Notes: generated by a model not told the origin, from the letters alone. A stretch of DNA of 54,194 nt from Parcubacteria group bacterium (GCA_016188835.1 JACPHB010000010.1:1-54194); one strand, 5' to 3'; shown: positions 8,574-18,301, counted from the stretch's first letter. A program made the numbers and translations.

Positions 8574-8600
8574 GAAATTAGAAATTGGAAATTAGAAATT
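8574..8600. repeat. Four tandem GAAATTN heptamers
   Basis: The sequence is gaaatta gaaattg gaaatta gaaatt, lying between the serS stop and the alr start. Similar runs occur at 7351..7370, 35460..35487 and 48577..48597. Confidence 0.7.
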
Positions 8601-9872
8601 TTATTTAATATATCCCTCTAAAACAGCCGGGATTTTTATTGTGCCGTCTTTTTGCTGATAATTTTCCATTATGGCGATTATCATACGGCCAATGGCAAAA
8701 GCCGTGCCGTTTAACGTATGAACAAATTCATTTTTACCCGTCTTTGGATTTTTATATTTAATATTTAATCGCCGCGATTGGAATTCGGTGTCATTTGAAG
8801 TTGAGTGCGTTTCCCGATATGTTCCCTGCCCTGAGCCTGTCGAACTGGGTTGCCCGGGAAGCCACGCTTCAATATCGTATTTATTCGCCGCTTGAAATCC
8901 TAAATCGCCGGTGCACATCTGGAGCACGCGATAAGGAATTTGAAGCGCCTGCATCAGTTTTTCTTCCATAGAAAGCAAGAATTCGTGTTCTTTTTTTGAA
9001 TCCTCCGGCTTGGTAAAACTGAACATTTCTATTTTATCAAATTGATGAACCCGCAATATTCCTTTGGTGTCTTTGCCGTATGAGCCGGCTTCACGACGAA
9101 AACAAGAAGAAAAGCCGGCATATCGAAGCGGCAGTTTTTTGACATCTAAAATTTCATTCATATGCATTGCGGCTATCGCCTGCTCCGATGTTCCAATTAG
9201 GTATAAATCATCTTTTTCAAGGTGATATATCTCGTCTTCGTTATAATCTAAATACCCCGCCCCGCGCATTGCAACTGGCTTTAAAAATACCGACGGCACA
9301 ACCTGTATAAAACCTTCTTTTTTCAAAACATCAAAAGCAAAACGCGTGAGAGCAAATTCCAAATCTACGGCATCGCGCAAAAGATATCCAAAGCGGCTAC
9401 CGATGGCCTTACCCGCTCGCTCAGTGTCTATCCAGCCCAAATTTTCTGCTAAAGCCATATAATCTTGTGCAGTAAAATTAAATTTCGGTTTTTCTCCCCG
9501 CCCGGCAGGGCGAGGCTCGCCAGAGGCGGCCACTTCGCGTAAAACAACATTTTCGGTTTCATCTTTTCCAACCGGAACTTCCGGCAACGGCAGGTTTGGA
9601 AGCTTCCTCAAAATGCCATTTATTTTCTCGTTTAAGATTTTTTCATCAATTTCTATTTTTGCTATTTTTTCTTTAATCTTCCTTCCAATTTCGATATTTT
9701 TCGCTTCAGCATTTTTTTTGCGTTCCGCATTAAGTCCCTCAATTTGTTTTCTCAAAACACCCCGCTTACCGTCAAGCTCCAAAGCCGAATCAATATCAAC
9801 TTTAAAACCCTTGGCCTTCATGCTTTTTCCCACTTCTTTTTTATTTTCTCTTATATATTTTATATCCAGCAT
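8601..9872 (-). CDS. serS: Seryl-tRNA synthetase
   Basis: The 423-aa protein has an N-terminal coiled-coil arm and class II motifs (FRREAGSYGKDTKGILRVHQF, GTAFAIGRMIIAIMENYQ). Confidence 0.95.
   Translation of the reverse strand: MLDIKYIRENKKEVGKSMKAKGFKVDIDSALELDGKRGVLRKQIEGLNAERKKNAEAKNIEIGRKIKEKIAKIEIDEKILNEKINGILRKLPNLPLPEVPVGKDETENVVLREVAASGEPRPAGRGEKPKFNFTAQDYMALAENLGWIDTERAGKAIGSRFGYLLRDAVDLEFALTRFAFDVLKKEGFIQVVPSVFLKPVAMRGAGYLDYNEDEIYHLEKDDLYLIGTSEQAIAAMHMNEILDVKKLPLRYAGFSSCFRREAGSYGKDTKGILRVHQFDKIEMFSFTKPEDSKKEHEFLLSMEEKLMQALQIPYRVLQMCTGDLGFQAANKYDIEAWLPGQPSSTGSGQGTYRETHSTSNDTEFQSRRLNIKYKNPKTGKNEFVHTLNGTAFAIGRMIIAIMENYQQKDGTIKIPAVLEGYIK
9496..9530. repeat. GC-rich nested palindrome inside serS
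   Basis: The sequence is ccccgcccggcagggcgaggctcgccagaggcggc. It encodes ASGEPRPAGRGE on the coding strand. Confidence 0.8.
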
Positions 9873-9878
9873 AAATGT

Positions 9879-11243
9879 TTATTCCTTTGGTTTCATCGTC
9901 GGAAATAGTATTATCTCTCGCGCAGAATGCGAATTTGTTAAAAGCATTGCCAGCCGGTCTATGCCGAGACCGAATCCGGCAGCTGGCGGCATTCCATATT
10001 CAAGCGCCTCCAAAAAATCTTCATCCAAGCGCTGGGCTTCTTCTTCGCCTCCTGCTCTTAACTGTTCCTGATCTTCAAATCGCCGGCGCTGTTCCAGCGG
10101 GTCGTTTTGCTCGGTAAATGCCTTTACTAACTCTAATCCTCCGGCAAAAACTTGAAAAGCATCAGCTTCCAAATGACTTTTTTGGAGTGTTTTAGAAAGC
10201 GGCAGAATATCGGCCGGAAAATTGTTTACAAAAGTAGGTTGTATCAATTTTTTTTTAGCCAAGTCAAAATCGCCGAATTCTTTGACTAAATCATCATATT
10301 TTTTTTCTTTCCATCGCCCATTAAAATCAATTTTATTATTTTGATATTCAATCACCAAATTACCATTGTTTACTTTTTTAACAATATATTCAAATAAATT
10401 CCCTATAAATTTTTTTAAATAATCAGAATCTTTATAGGCGATATAGGCCTCAAGCATTGTAAACTCCGGATTGTGATGCGCATCCATTCCCTCATTTCTG
10501 AAATTGCGGCCGATTTCATAAACCTTTTCAAAGCCGGCTACTAAAAGCCGCTTAAGATAAAGTTCCGGCGCAATACGCAAATATAAATCCAAATTCAGGG
10601 CGTTTAAGTGGGTTTCAAAGGGCCTAGCCGTGGCGCCGCCGGGAATTGTTTGAAGCATTGGTGTTTCAAACTCAACGAAACCGCGTTCATCAAAAAAATT
10701 TCTTAATTCTTTTATAATTACGGAACGTTTCAAAAATTTTTCTTTCACCTTGCCGTTCATTAAAAGATCCAGATACCTCTTGCGATAACGCTCTTCCACA
10801 TCTTGAAGTCCATGCCACTTTTCAGGAAGCGGCAAAAGTGATTTAACAATTATCCGTATTTCAGAAATACGAAGAGTTTTTTCTCCTTTCTTAGTTTTAA
10901 AAACTGATCCCTTAACCTCAACGAAATCTCCAATATCGTAATTGGTAATAAATTCATCGTAAGATTTTTTATCGCTTAAATCGGCGGGACTTATAAAACA
11001 CTGAATTTTTCCGCTTGCGTCCTCCAGGTCAAAAAAAGCCGCCTTGCCGTGGATGCGCTGAGTTTTTATTCTACCGGCGAGATAAAATACTTTTTTTGTA
11101 AGCCGCCAAAACCAAAATTTATCAATGATCTTTTTAATTTCAAAGTCGCGCCTGATTTCCGCCGAATAAGGGTTAATACCGTTATTTTTAAAACGTTCAA
11201 ATTTTTTAATTTTTGTTTGGCGCAGTTCTTCTAATGTCGGCAT
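9879..11243 (-). CDS. lysS: Lysyl-tRNA synthetase, class II
   Basis: It has an OB-fold N-domain, class II core motifs and EYGMPPAAGFGLGIDRLAMLL. Confidence 0.95.
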   Translation of the reverse strand: MPTLEELRQTKIKKFERFKNNGINPYSAEIRRDFEIKKIIDKFWFWRLTKKVFYLAGRIKTQRIHGKAAFFDLEDASGKIQCFISPADLSDKKSYDEFITNYDIGDFVEVKGSVFKTKKGEKTLRISEIRIIVKSLLPLPEKWHGLQDVEERYRKRYLDLLMNGKVKEKFLKRSVIIKELRNFFDERGFVEFETPMLQTIPGGATARPFETHLNALNLDLYLRIAPELYLKRLLVAGFEKVYEIGRNFRNEGMDAHHNPEFTMLEAYIAYKDSDYLKKFIGNLFEYIVKKVNNGNLVIEYQNNKIDFNGRWKEKKYDDLVKEFGDFDLAKKKLIQPTFVNNFPADILPLSKTLQKSHLEADAFQVFAGGLELVKAFTEQNDPLEQRRRFEDQEQLRAGGEEEAQRLDEDFLEALEYGMPPAAGFGLGIDRLAMLLTNSHSAREIILFPTMKPKE

Positions 11244-11248
11244 GACGA

Positions 11249-11713
11249 TTATTTTTCAATTTTAATTATTTTATATTTAACGGTACCGCCCGGCGTTTTA
11301 ATCTCGACTTCATCACCCGCTCTTTTCCCTAAAAAAGCCCGCCCCAAAGGCGATTCATTGGATATTTTTCCTTCTTGCGGCTTAGCTTCGGCAGAACCAA
11401 CTATGTTAAACACATCAATATTGCCTTCTGATTTTGTTTCTATTGTTGATCCTATCATTACAATATTTTCGTCGCTTGATGTTTTAATTACGACCGCATT
11501 TTTTAAAAGATCTTCAAGTTCAGCAATGCGGTTTTCATTTAGCGACTGTGCTTCTTTGGCTTCAAAATACTCGGCATTTTCGCTAAGATCGCCGAGATCT
11601 TTTGCTTCTTGCAATCGCTTGGCAATTTCTTGACGTTTTTTGATCTTTAGTTCTTGCAATTCTTTTTTGAGCGTTTCCATTCCTTCCGGACTTAAATAAG
11701 TTTGATTTGCCAT
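11249..11713 (-). CDS. greA: Transcription elongation factor GreA
   Basis: The 154-aa protein has a coiled-coil N-domain (DLSENAEYFEAKEAQ) and a GreA C-domain (SPLGRAFLGKRAGDEV). Confidence 0.9.
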   Translation of the reverse strand: MANQTYLSPEGMETLKKELQELKIKKRQEIAKRLQEAKDLGDLSENAEYFEAKEAQSLNENRIAELEDLLKNAVVIKTSSDENIVMIGSTIETKSEGNIDVFNIVGSAEAKPQEGKISNESPLGRAFLGKRAGDEVEIKTPGGTVKYKIIKIEK

Positions 11714-11730
11714 AAATTTATATAATTTTA

Positions 11731-13626
11731 TTATTTACTCAGCTTATCATAATTTTTATTGTAATACCAATAAAAAACTTCTTTGGCGACTGGAACAGCG
11801 GCTGTTGAACCTTCGCCAGCGCCCTCAATAATAACAGCTAGGGCAATTTCCGGATTATCATATGGAGCAAATCCGGTAAACCAAGCGTTGGTTTTTTTTA
11901 AAGTATTGGTTACTTGAGCGGTGCCTGTTTTCCCAGCAACTTTAATTGGTAAATCGTTTAAAAAATAAGCAGAGCCATCGGTTACTGCACCTCTTAATCC
12001 TTCACGCACTACTTTAAGCTTGTTTTCATCAACTATATTAGTCCTAATCGGTTCCGGTTTAAATTCACGGATAATATTATTGTTGTTGTCAGTAATTTTT
12101 AAGACAAGTTTTGGCTTCCATAAATTGCCGCCATTAGCAACAGCTCCCATAGCCGACGCCAGTTGTATGGGCGTTATTATAATGTCTCCTTGGCCAATAG
12201 AAACATTGTAAGTATCGCCGGTAAACCACCCTTCATTTTTCACTGATTTTTTCCATAAAGGATCGGGTATAAGCCCCGATAACTCTCCGGGTAAATCAAT
12301 CCCGAGATTGGATCCGAAGCCGAAAATATTTAAATATTTTTTAATCCGGTCTATACCCAGACCTTTAATATTTTTATAGCCGCCGCCGATAACATAAAAA
12401 TAAACATTCGCCGAAACCGCAATAGCACGCCTCATATCCACAAACCCATGGGCCTTCCAGTCGCGATAAGTATAAACTATATTAGGATCATACTGATTTT
12501 CTATTTTAATATATCCCAATGTGTCGTCAATTTTGGAATTCGGATCAATAATATTTTCGGCTAAAGCGGCAGAAGCTACAAACGGCTTTATGGTTGATCC
12601 GGCGGGATAAAAACCGCCTATGGCGCGATTAAAAAACGGTTTATTTTTATTTTTGATAATTTCTCCATAAGTTTGGCTGTCAAAGTCAAAACTGGGTAAA
12701 CTTACTAAAGCAAGAATCTCTCCTGATTTAACATTTAAAACAACGGCGGCAGCACCGATTGAGTTTGTTTGAATTATTTTATCGTTAAGAGCGTTCGTTA
12801 AAAGTTTCTGCAGATCGCCATCGATACTCAATATTAAATTATTGCCGGGCACCGATTCTTTGGCTGTTAAAGTTTTTAAAATGGTATTTTCGGAATTAAC
12901 CGAAACAGCAATTTTCCCCGGATTGCCTCGCAATTCTTTTTCATATTGCGCCTCAAGTCCGTCTTTACCGATAAAATCCAGTGCTCCATAATACGAATCG
13001 GCTTTAATATCATCGTCGGATACTTTACCGACATAACCGACTATGTGAGAAAAATAAACGCCATCTTTATAATCGCGGCGAGTTTCTTTATTTATAAATA
13101 TAGCAGGAAGAACGGCTGAATTGGTTTCTAAAGACATTAATGTTTCCTTATCTAAATTAGATTTAAAAAGTGCCGGCTCTGTTGAATTTCTATTTAAACT
13201 TTTTATAAAATTTTCTATTTCTGAATTATCTTTTTTAATTATTTTTGCCAATTGATTTATCCAATCATTTAATTTATCGGTTGGCTTGGGTAAATCAGCC
13301 GGAATAATTAATAAGCTAAAATCCGGAGTATTAGAGGTTAAAATTTGATAGTTGGCGTCATAAATAATTCCGCGTGGCGGCCGGCTATGATAAAAACGAA
13401 TGTTATTTTTATTTGATTTTAAAGCATAATAATCTTCATTTTTAATTTGAAGCCAAAAAGCCCGACCCCAAAATAAACCCAAAATTAAAATGGAAACTGT
13501 AAAAATAATTAAAAATCTGTTATTTTTAAGCGGAGTTTCCAACTTCATTGCCAACTTTCTGTCAAGAAGAATTTCTTCCGGTTCTATTTCACCTTTGTTT
13601 TTTTTTAAATATGAATTTTTAAACAT
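11731..13626 (-). CDS. mrdA: Penicillin-binding protein 2 (elongasome transpeptidase)
   Basis: It has an N-terminal TM, SxxK (GSTIKP), SxN (SAN) and KTG (KTGTAQ). It lies downstream of mreBCD. Confidence 0.85.
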   Translation of the reverse strand: MFKNSYLKKNKGEIEPEEILLDRKLAMKLETPLKNNRFLIIFTVSILILGLFWGRAFWLQIKNEDYYALKSNKNNIRFYHSRPPRGIIYDANYQILTSNTPDFSLLIIPADLPKPTDKLNDWINQLAKIIKKDNSEIENFIKSLNRNSTEPALFKSNLDKETLMSLETNSAVLPAIFINKETRRDYKDGVYFSHIVGYVGKVSDDDIKADSYYGALDFIGKDGLEAQYEKELRGNPGKIAVSVNSENTILKTLTAKESVPGNNLILSIDGDLQKLLTNALNDKIIQTNSIGAAAVVLNVKSGEILALVSLPSFDFDSQTYGEIIKNKNKPFFNRAIGGFYPAGSTIKPFVASAALAENIIDPNSKIDDTLGYIKIENQYDPNIVYTYRDWKAHGFVDMRRAIAVSANVYFYVIGGGYKNIKGLGIDRIKKYLNIFGFGSNLGIDLPGELSGLIPDPLWKKSVKNEGWFTGDTYNVSIGQGDIIITPIQLASAMGAVANGGNLWKPKLVLKITDNNNNIIREFKPEPIRTNIVDENKLKVVREGLRGAVTDGSAYFLNDLPIKVAGKTGTAQVTNTLKKTNAWFTGFAPYDNPEIALAVIIEGAGEGSTAAVPVAKEVFYWYYNKNYDKLSK

Positions 13627-14128
13627 TAAATCTAAATATTTTTATGCTTTTGACGGAAAATATTATCAAAAGTAGAACGGCCGTAAGCACCAGCTCAGCC
13701 ATAATTCCGCTATTTAAAAAATAAAAACTAAATTTTTCTTGTCCTCTTATAAGTATATTATTTATTATCCATGCTAAAAAATGGTAAAAAAACACCGCAA
13801 AAACAGTAATAATTAAAATATTTTCACTTTTTAAAGTTAACAGCACTTTCTTTTGAAGAATAATCAAAAAAGCGGCTGTTAAAAGCAATAATAAGCTGGT
13901 AACCCCAAATACAGAGAAATAAACCGTGTCAATTAAAAAGCCGCCGAACCATCCTAAAAAAATGGCGCTATAAATGTTTTTAGTAAGTATTAGAAGCGAT
14001 ATTAGAACCAAAAAAATATTAAATCCCCAGCGGAATTGATTTAAAAAAGCTATTTGAAAACTGGCTAAAATAATTAAAGCAAAAACGGTAAAAAAAATTA
14101 GAAACATTATTTTGTAGTCATAGCTCAT
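13619..14128 (-). CDS. mreD: Rod shape-determining protein MreD (by position and topology)
   Basis: This 169-aa multi-TM protein sits between mreC and mrdA. Confidence 0.6.
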   Translation of the reverse strand: MSYDYKIMFLIFFTVFALIILASFQIAFLNQFRWGFNIFLVLISLLILTKNIYSAIFLGWFGGFLIDTVYFSVFGVTSLLLLLTAAFLIILQKKVLLTLKSENILIITVFAVFFYHFLAWIINNILIRGQEKFSFYFLNSGIMAELVLTAVLLLIIFSVKSIKIFRFNV

Positions 14129-14154
14129 CTTAAAGATTTGATATTAATTTTTAA

Positions 14155-14943
14155 TCATTTAAGAATTACAAAAACATTATCAAAATCCCGAAAATCGGCT
14201 AATAATTCAATATCCGCCGTATTAAATACTTGATTGTCTTCCGATTTGATCTGCTTAATTTTGCCTATAATAAGACCTCGCGGCCATAAGCCGTCTGTAC
14301 CGGAAGAAATGATTAAATCGCCTATTTCTGGTTTTTTATTTTTAGCGATAAGATCAAAAATGATATCCGAACCCAAGCCCCGCACCAATCCGGAAACATT
14401 CCCAGTGGAGTTAACTGCCGCAATCTTGCTGGAAACATCAATGATTGTTTTAACTTTGGAAGTATTATAATTTACATCGCTTATTTTTCCAACCATCACT
14501 TCTCCCTTAAAAATAACTGGCATGCCGACCGCAATGCCGTCACTGGCGCCCTTATCTATTAAAAAAGAACGGTTATTTTCAAAATCTCTCCCAATAATGT
14601 TCGCCAAGCTGATGTTCCAAAAATTTTTATCGGCCAAATTTAATTTTTCTTTTAAAAGCGCATTTTCTTCTTCTATCTGCGGTAATTTTGCCAATTTTCC
14701 GTATAATTCAAGATTTTCCGTTGCCAGTTTAATATTTGATTCTTTTAACTGTCTTATGCCCAAAAAAGCATTCTGCCAAAATACAAACTTATTTCCAATT
14801 TGACTAAAAATAATTTCAAACGGTCTTAATGTTACGGCAAGATAACTTTTAAATAATAAAACGGGACCGCTTTGGTTAAAAAAAATAATAACCACGCAAA
14901 GTAAAAACAAAAGAAAAAATGTAGCCAATTTCGATCTGGTCAT
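14155..14943 (-). CDS. mreC: Rod shape-determining protein MreC
   Basis: It has an N-terminal TM, a coiled coil and a beta-rich C-domain. It lies directly downstream of mreB. Confidence 0.8.
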   Translation of the reverse strand: MTRSKLATFFLLFLLCVVIIFFNQSGPVLLFKSYLAVTLRPFEIIFSQIGNKFVFWQNAFLGIRQLKESNIKLATENLELYGKLAKLPQIEEENALLKEKLNLADKNFWNISLANIIGRDFENNRSFLIDKGASDGIAVGMPVIFKGEVMVGKISDVNYNTSKVKTIIDVSSKIAAVNSTGNVSGLVRGLGSDIIFDLIAKNKKPEIGDLIISSGTDGLWPRGLIIGKIKQIKSEDNQVFNTADIELLADFRDFDNVFVILK

Positions 14944-14946
14944 ATA

Positions 14947-15981
14947 TTAACCGTTATTTATCAAAATTTCTCTTAAAGATTCAACATCTTCAAGAATAAT
15001 GCCGCAACCGCGAACCACTGCCGTTAAAGGATCTTCGGCAAGTTTTGTCGGAATTCCGGTGGTTTGGGTAACCATCTCTGAAAGACCGCGCAACATACTG
15101 CCGCCTCCAGCTAAAACGATTCCCCGCGTCATTAAATCGCTTAAGAGTTCCGGGGGCGTTTCTTCAATCACAGAACGAACTTCCGAAATAATAGCGTTAA
15201 CTGACGGAGCGATTGCTTCGCAAACTTCTACGTCGCTTATTAAAACTTCTTTGGGTAAACCGCTTATTAGATCGCGGCCTCTTACCATTGCCGTTAATTT
15301 TTCTTTTAAAGGCAATACCGACCCGATTAAAATTTTAATTTCTTCGGCGGTTTTTTCTCCCAAAAGGAGCTGAAATTCATCTCTGGCGTATTGAATAATA
15401 TCCTCATTCATTCTCTCGCCGGCAACTCTTAGATTTCGCGACACCACAATGCCTCCCAAAGATATTACTGCCACATCGGTAGTCCCGCCCCCGATGTCAA
15501 CAATCATGTTGCCAACGGCTTCAGAAATTGGAAGGCGAGCTCCGATAGCCGCCGCCATTGGCTCTTCCACAAGATAAACTTCTCTGGCGCCGGCATTTTT
15601 AGCCGCGTCTTCAACGGCTCGCCGTTCCACTTCGGTTACCCCTGAAGGAATGCCTATAACCACTCGCGGCCTCACTAAAAAACTATAAGAATCCTTGTGG
15701 ACCTTATTAAAAAAATATTTTAGCATTTGTTCGGTTACTTCAAAATCGGAAATAACCCCATCAATTAAAGGGCGGATGGCTACGATATGGCCCGGCGTCC
15801 GGCCAATCATTTTTTTGGCTTCCGCTCCGATGCTTAACACCTGATCGGTTTTTTTATTTATGGCCACTATAGAAGGCTCGTTAATGACGATACCTCGTCC
15901 CCTTACGTAAACCAAAGTGTTGGCCGTCCCCAAATCTATGCCTATATCTCTTGAAAATATTTTAAATAAACGATTTATCAT
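14947..15981 (-). CDS. mreB: Rod shape-determining protein MreB (actin-like ATPase)
   Basis: The motifs DLGTANTLVY, DIGGGTTDVAVISLGG and LAGGGSMLRGL are present. Confidence 0.95.
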   Translation of the reverse strand: MINRLFKIFSRDIGIDLGTANTLVYVRGRGIVINEPSIVAINKKTDQVLSIGAEAKKMIGRTPGHIVAIRPLIDGVISDFEVTEQMLKYFFNKVHKDSYSFLVRPRVVIGIPSGVTEVERRAVEDAAKNAGAREVYLVEEPMAAAIGARLPISEAVGNMIVDIGGGTTDVAVISLGGIVVSRNLRVAGERMNEDIIQYARDEFQLLLGEKTAEEIKILIGSVLPLKEKLTAMVRGRDLISGLPKEVLISDVEVCEAIAPSVNAIISEVRSVIEETPPELLSDLMTRGIVLAGGGSMLRGLSEMVTQTTGIPTKLAEDPLTAVVRGCGIILEDVESLREILINNG

Positions 15982-17215
15982 TTTTTATATTTGATATTTT
16001 AAGCAAATTGATTTTTCCGGTTTTTCTGTTTTTAATTTCAACAGAATTTTTTGATAATGTTTTTTCACTTATTACGAGCCGAGTCGGAATTCCGATTAAA
16101 TCAGCATCGGCAAATTTTTCTCCAGCCGACTTATCGTCGCGGTCATCGTATAACACTTCAATGCCTTTATCAAGACATGTTTTATATATTTTTTCCGCTT
16201 CTTTTTTTACAACCGGATTAGAATTTTTTAGTTCAACCAGGTGAAACTTATATGGCGCCGCGAATTCCGGCCAAATTATTCCATTATCATCATGAAGCGT
16301 CTCAACTATAGCTCCCATTGTCCTCCCCAGCCCAATCCCATATGAACCCATTATTACGGACTCTTTTTTTCCTTTCGAATTTAAAAAATTCAAATTAAAA
16401 GCATCCGAATATTTAGTTCCGAGCGGAAAAATATTGCCGACTTCGATCGCGTTTTCTTTTATGATTTTACCGGCGCATTTGGAGCATTTGCCACCGGCAT
16501 TTAATTTGGAAATTTCCTTATTTTCCGCATAACCGCATTTCAAACAAACAAAAACCACATCCTCTCCCACAGGGCACAGAACATGAAATTCATGGGTATT
16601 TTCGGCGGTATAATCGCCGCCTGCTGCCAATGTGTAAACTGTTTTCAGACCGCATCGCTTAAATATATTGAGATACGTTTTTTTGACTATTTCATAATAA
16701 TTTCTAAAATCGGATTCTGAAGCATGGAAACTGTATAAATCTTTCATTATGAATTCCTTGCCCCGCAATAATCCGGATTTGGCTCTTAGTTCGTTGCGAA
16801 ATTTTGTTTGAATTTGATAGGCGGCCAGAGGTAGATCTTTGTACGAATTTATGTATTTTGATGCAATAGCCGTTAAAACCTCTTCATGAGTCCAACCCAA
16901 AACAAAATTGGCTGATTTTTCTTTTTTCCCGCGCGCCTCAAAACCAATCCCCACATCCCATCTGCTGGTAGCATCTAAATATTTTTTTTCGACAAGCGCC
17001 GGCATAAACATTTCCTGGGCGCTGATGGCGTTCATTTCTTCGCGAATAATATCGGCAATTTTAGAAAGCACCCGCCACCCCAAAGGCAGATATGAATAAA
17101 CTCCAGCGGAGTTTTTATATATAAACCCCCCTCTTTCAAGTAGTTTCGCGTTTACACTTACTTCATCCTTAGGCGCCTCTCTTAAAGTTTTCCCAAAAAT
17201 TTGTGATTGCCGCAT
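15962..17215 (-). CDS. proS: Prolyl-tRNA synthetase, short form without the INS editing domain, with a Cys4 insertion
   Basis: The 417-aa protein has class II motifs and a CLKCGYAENKEISKLNAGGKCSKC insertion. Its 3' end overlaps the mreB start by 20 nt. Confidence 0.9.
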   Translation of the reverse strand: MRQSQIFGKTLREAPKDEVSVNAKLLERGGFIYKNSAGVYSYLPLGWRVLSKIADIIREEMNAISAQEMFMPALVEKKYLDATSRWDVGIGFEARGKKEKSANFVLGWTHEEVLTAIASKYINSYKDLPLAAYQIQTKFRNELRAKSGLLRGKEFIMKDLYSFHASESDFRNYYEIVKKTYLNIFKRCGLKTVYTLAAGGDYTAENTHEFHVLCPVGEDVVFVCLKCGYAENKEISKLNAGGKCSKCAGKIIKENAIEVGNIFPLGTKYSDAFNLNFLNSKGKKESVIMGSYGIGLGRTMGAIVETLHDDNGIIWPEFAAPYKFHLVELKNSNPVVKKEAEKIYKTCLDKGIEVLYDDRDDKSAGEKFADADLIGIPTRLVISEKTLSKNSVEIKNRKTGKINLLKISNIKNDKSFI

Positions 17216-17279
17216 AAAGTTTTAGTTAAAGTTAAATCAAGCTCTTATATTCTACAACAAATATGCCACTCCGAAAACC

Positions 17280-17308
17280 TTGACAATAATAAATAATTGT
17301 TATATACT
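17280..17308 (+). promoter_or_regulatory. Sigma-70-like promoter TTGACA-N17-TATACT
   Basis: Read directly from the sequence. It lies about 50 nt upstream of the small ORF at 17359. Confidence 0.5.
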
Positions 17309-17358
17309 TATTATAATAAAAAAACAAAGTTCATTTTACAACTTATGAGGAGAACGCC

Positions 17359-17517
17359 ATGAAACACAAAACACTGGCAAAAAAACATATTCGACAAACC
17401 CGACTACTACCATCTTGTGATAATATGAGCTATAAAACTCCAAACCTAATTGAGGTCATTGCCCAAGAACTCAAACGAATCCGCGAGATTCTGCAGTATG
17501 GCAAACCACTCTCTTAA
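17359..17517 (+). CDS. Small hypothetical ORF (52 aa), below the ORF-track size cut-off
   Basis: The translation is MKHKTLAKKHIRQTRLLPSCDNMSYKTPNLIEVIAQELKRIREILQYGKPLS. It is preceded by a GAGGAG Shine-Dalgarno sequence about 6 nt upstream and followed by a hairpin plus T-run. Confidence 0.4.
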   Translation: MKHKTLAKKHIRQTRLLPSCDNMSYKTPNLIEVIAQELKRIREILQYGKPLS

Positions 17518-17561
17518 TAGCACAATAATTCAAAGGTTGTAATTTTATCATTTTTATTATA

Positions 17562-17598
17562 ATCTCGGAGTGAAATTATCATCCCGAGATATTTTTTT
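17562..17598 (+). terminator. Rho-independent terminator-like hairpin plus T7 run
   Basis: atctcgg pairs with ccgagat (7-bp stem, 15-nt loop), followed by atttttttac. Confidence 0.5.
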
Positions 17599-17647
17599 AC
17601 TGAATAAAAACCCTATATTCTAAAGTGTAACTTTTAAATCCTTTCTT

Positions 17648-17683
17648 GAACGCACAAAAATCCTATAGGCAGTTTGTGCGTTT
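17648..17683 (-). repeat. Copy A of the palindromic element GAACGCA..TGCCTATAGGA..TGCGTTC (inverted relative to B-D)
   Basis: The sequence is gaacgcacaaaaatcctataggcagtttgtgcgttt, with a 10-bp stem aacgcacaaa/tttgtgcgtt. Confidence 0.85.
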
Positions 17684-17718
17684 ATAGAAAGTATGATAAA
17701 ATATATAAAAACAATTAT

Positions 17719-18297
17719 ATGAAAAATGTAATTAAAAGCGAATCATTAACCGCGGATGTTTTACTTATAGCCGCCGCCGGGCCAATTATTTTAGCATCAT
17801 TATTCTTGCCCAACGCGCCCCTGATGTTAAAATCGTTAATTAAATGGCATAAAAATTGGGGTAAAATAAAGCGCCAGCGAATTTATGAGGCTATCAGGCG
17901 CCTTAATAAAAAAAGATTGATTGAATTAGAGCAAAAGGGTAACGATTTATATCTTAAAATTACCGAAAATGGTAAAAAGATAATAAAAAATTTTGATTAT
18001 GACAATATTGAATTACCCAATCATAAAAAATGGGATAAAAAATGGCGAATGATAATTTTTGATATCCCGGAGAAGAAAAATAAAGAGCGCCGCGCTCTTT
18101 CCGCAAAATTGAAAGATTTGGGTTTCTATCCCCTGCAAGAGAGTGTCTTTATTTATCCTTACGACTGCCAAGATGAAATAGATTTTATTTGCAGTTTCTT
18201 GTCCATTGATAATTATGTTAATTATTGTACTCTTGAAGCTTTGGATAAAAAAGAAGGCGATTTAAGAAAGTTTTTTGATTTATCTCTTAAACTCTAA
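17719..18297 (+). CDS. PaaX-like regulator: wHTH plus a Cas2-fold domain. The start is taken at the ATG at 17719; the track starts at a TTG at 17674.
   Basis: The wHTH-like segment is RQRIYEAIRRLNKKRLIELEQKGNDLYLKITENGKK. It is followed by WDKKWRMIIFDIPEKKNKERRALSAKLKDLGFYPLQESVFIYPYD, which matches the W..W..FDIPe..R..L..GF..Q.SV pattern of PaaX central/Cas2-like domains. Confidence 0.6.
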   Translation: MKNVIKSESLTADVLLIAAAGPIILASLFLPNAPLMLKSLIKWHKNWGKIKRQRIYEAIRRLNKKRLIELEQKGNDLYLKITENGKKIIKNFDYDNIELPNHKKWDKKWRMIIFDIPEKKNKERRALSAKLKDLGFYPLQESVFIYPYDCQDEIDFICSFLSIDNYVNYCTLEALDKKEGDLRKFFDLSLKL

Positions 18298-18301
18298 CTC
18301 T

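Noticed and set aside
8574-8600. Possible CRISPR-like array (regularly spaced short repeats)
   Set aside because: The units are contiguous 7-mers without spacers. No window region shows repeats of 24-40 nt separated by unique spacers, and no cas1 or cas2 genes are present.
9613-10117. Plus-strand ORFs 9613..10071 (152 aa) and 9875..10117
   Set aside because: They are antisense shadows of serS and lysS and are low-complexity (S/F/I-rich).
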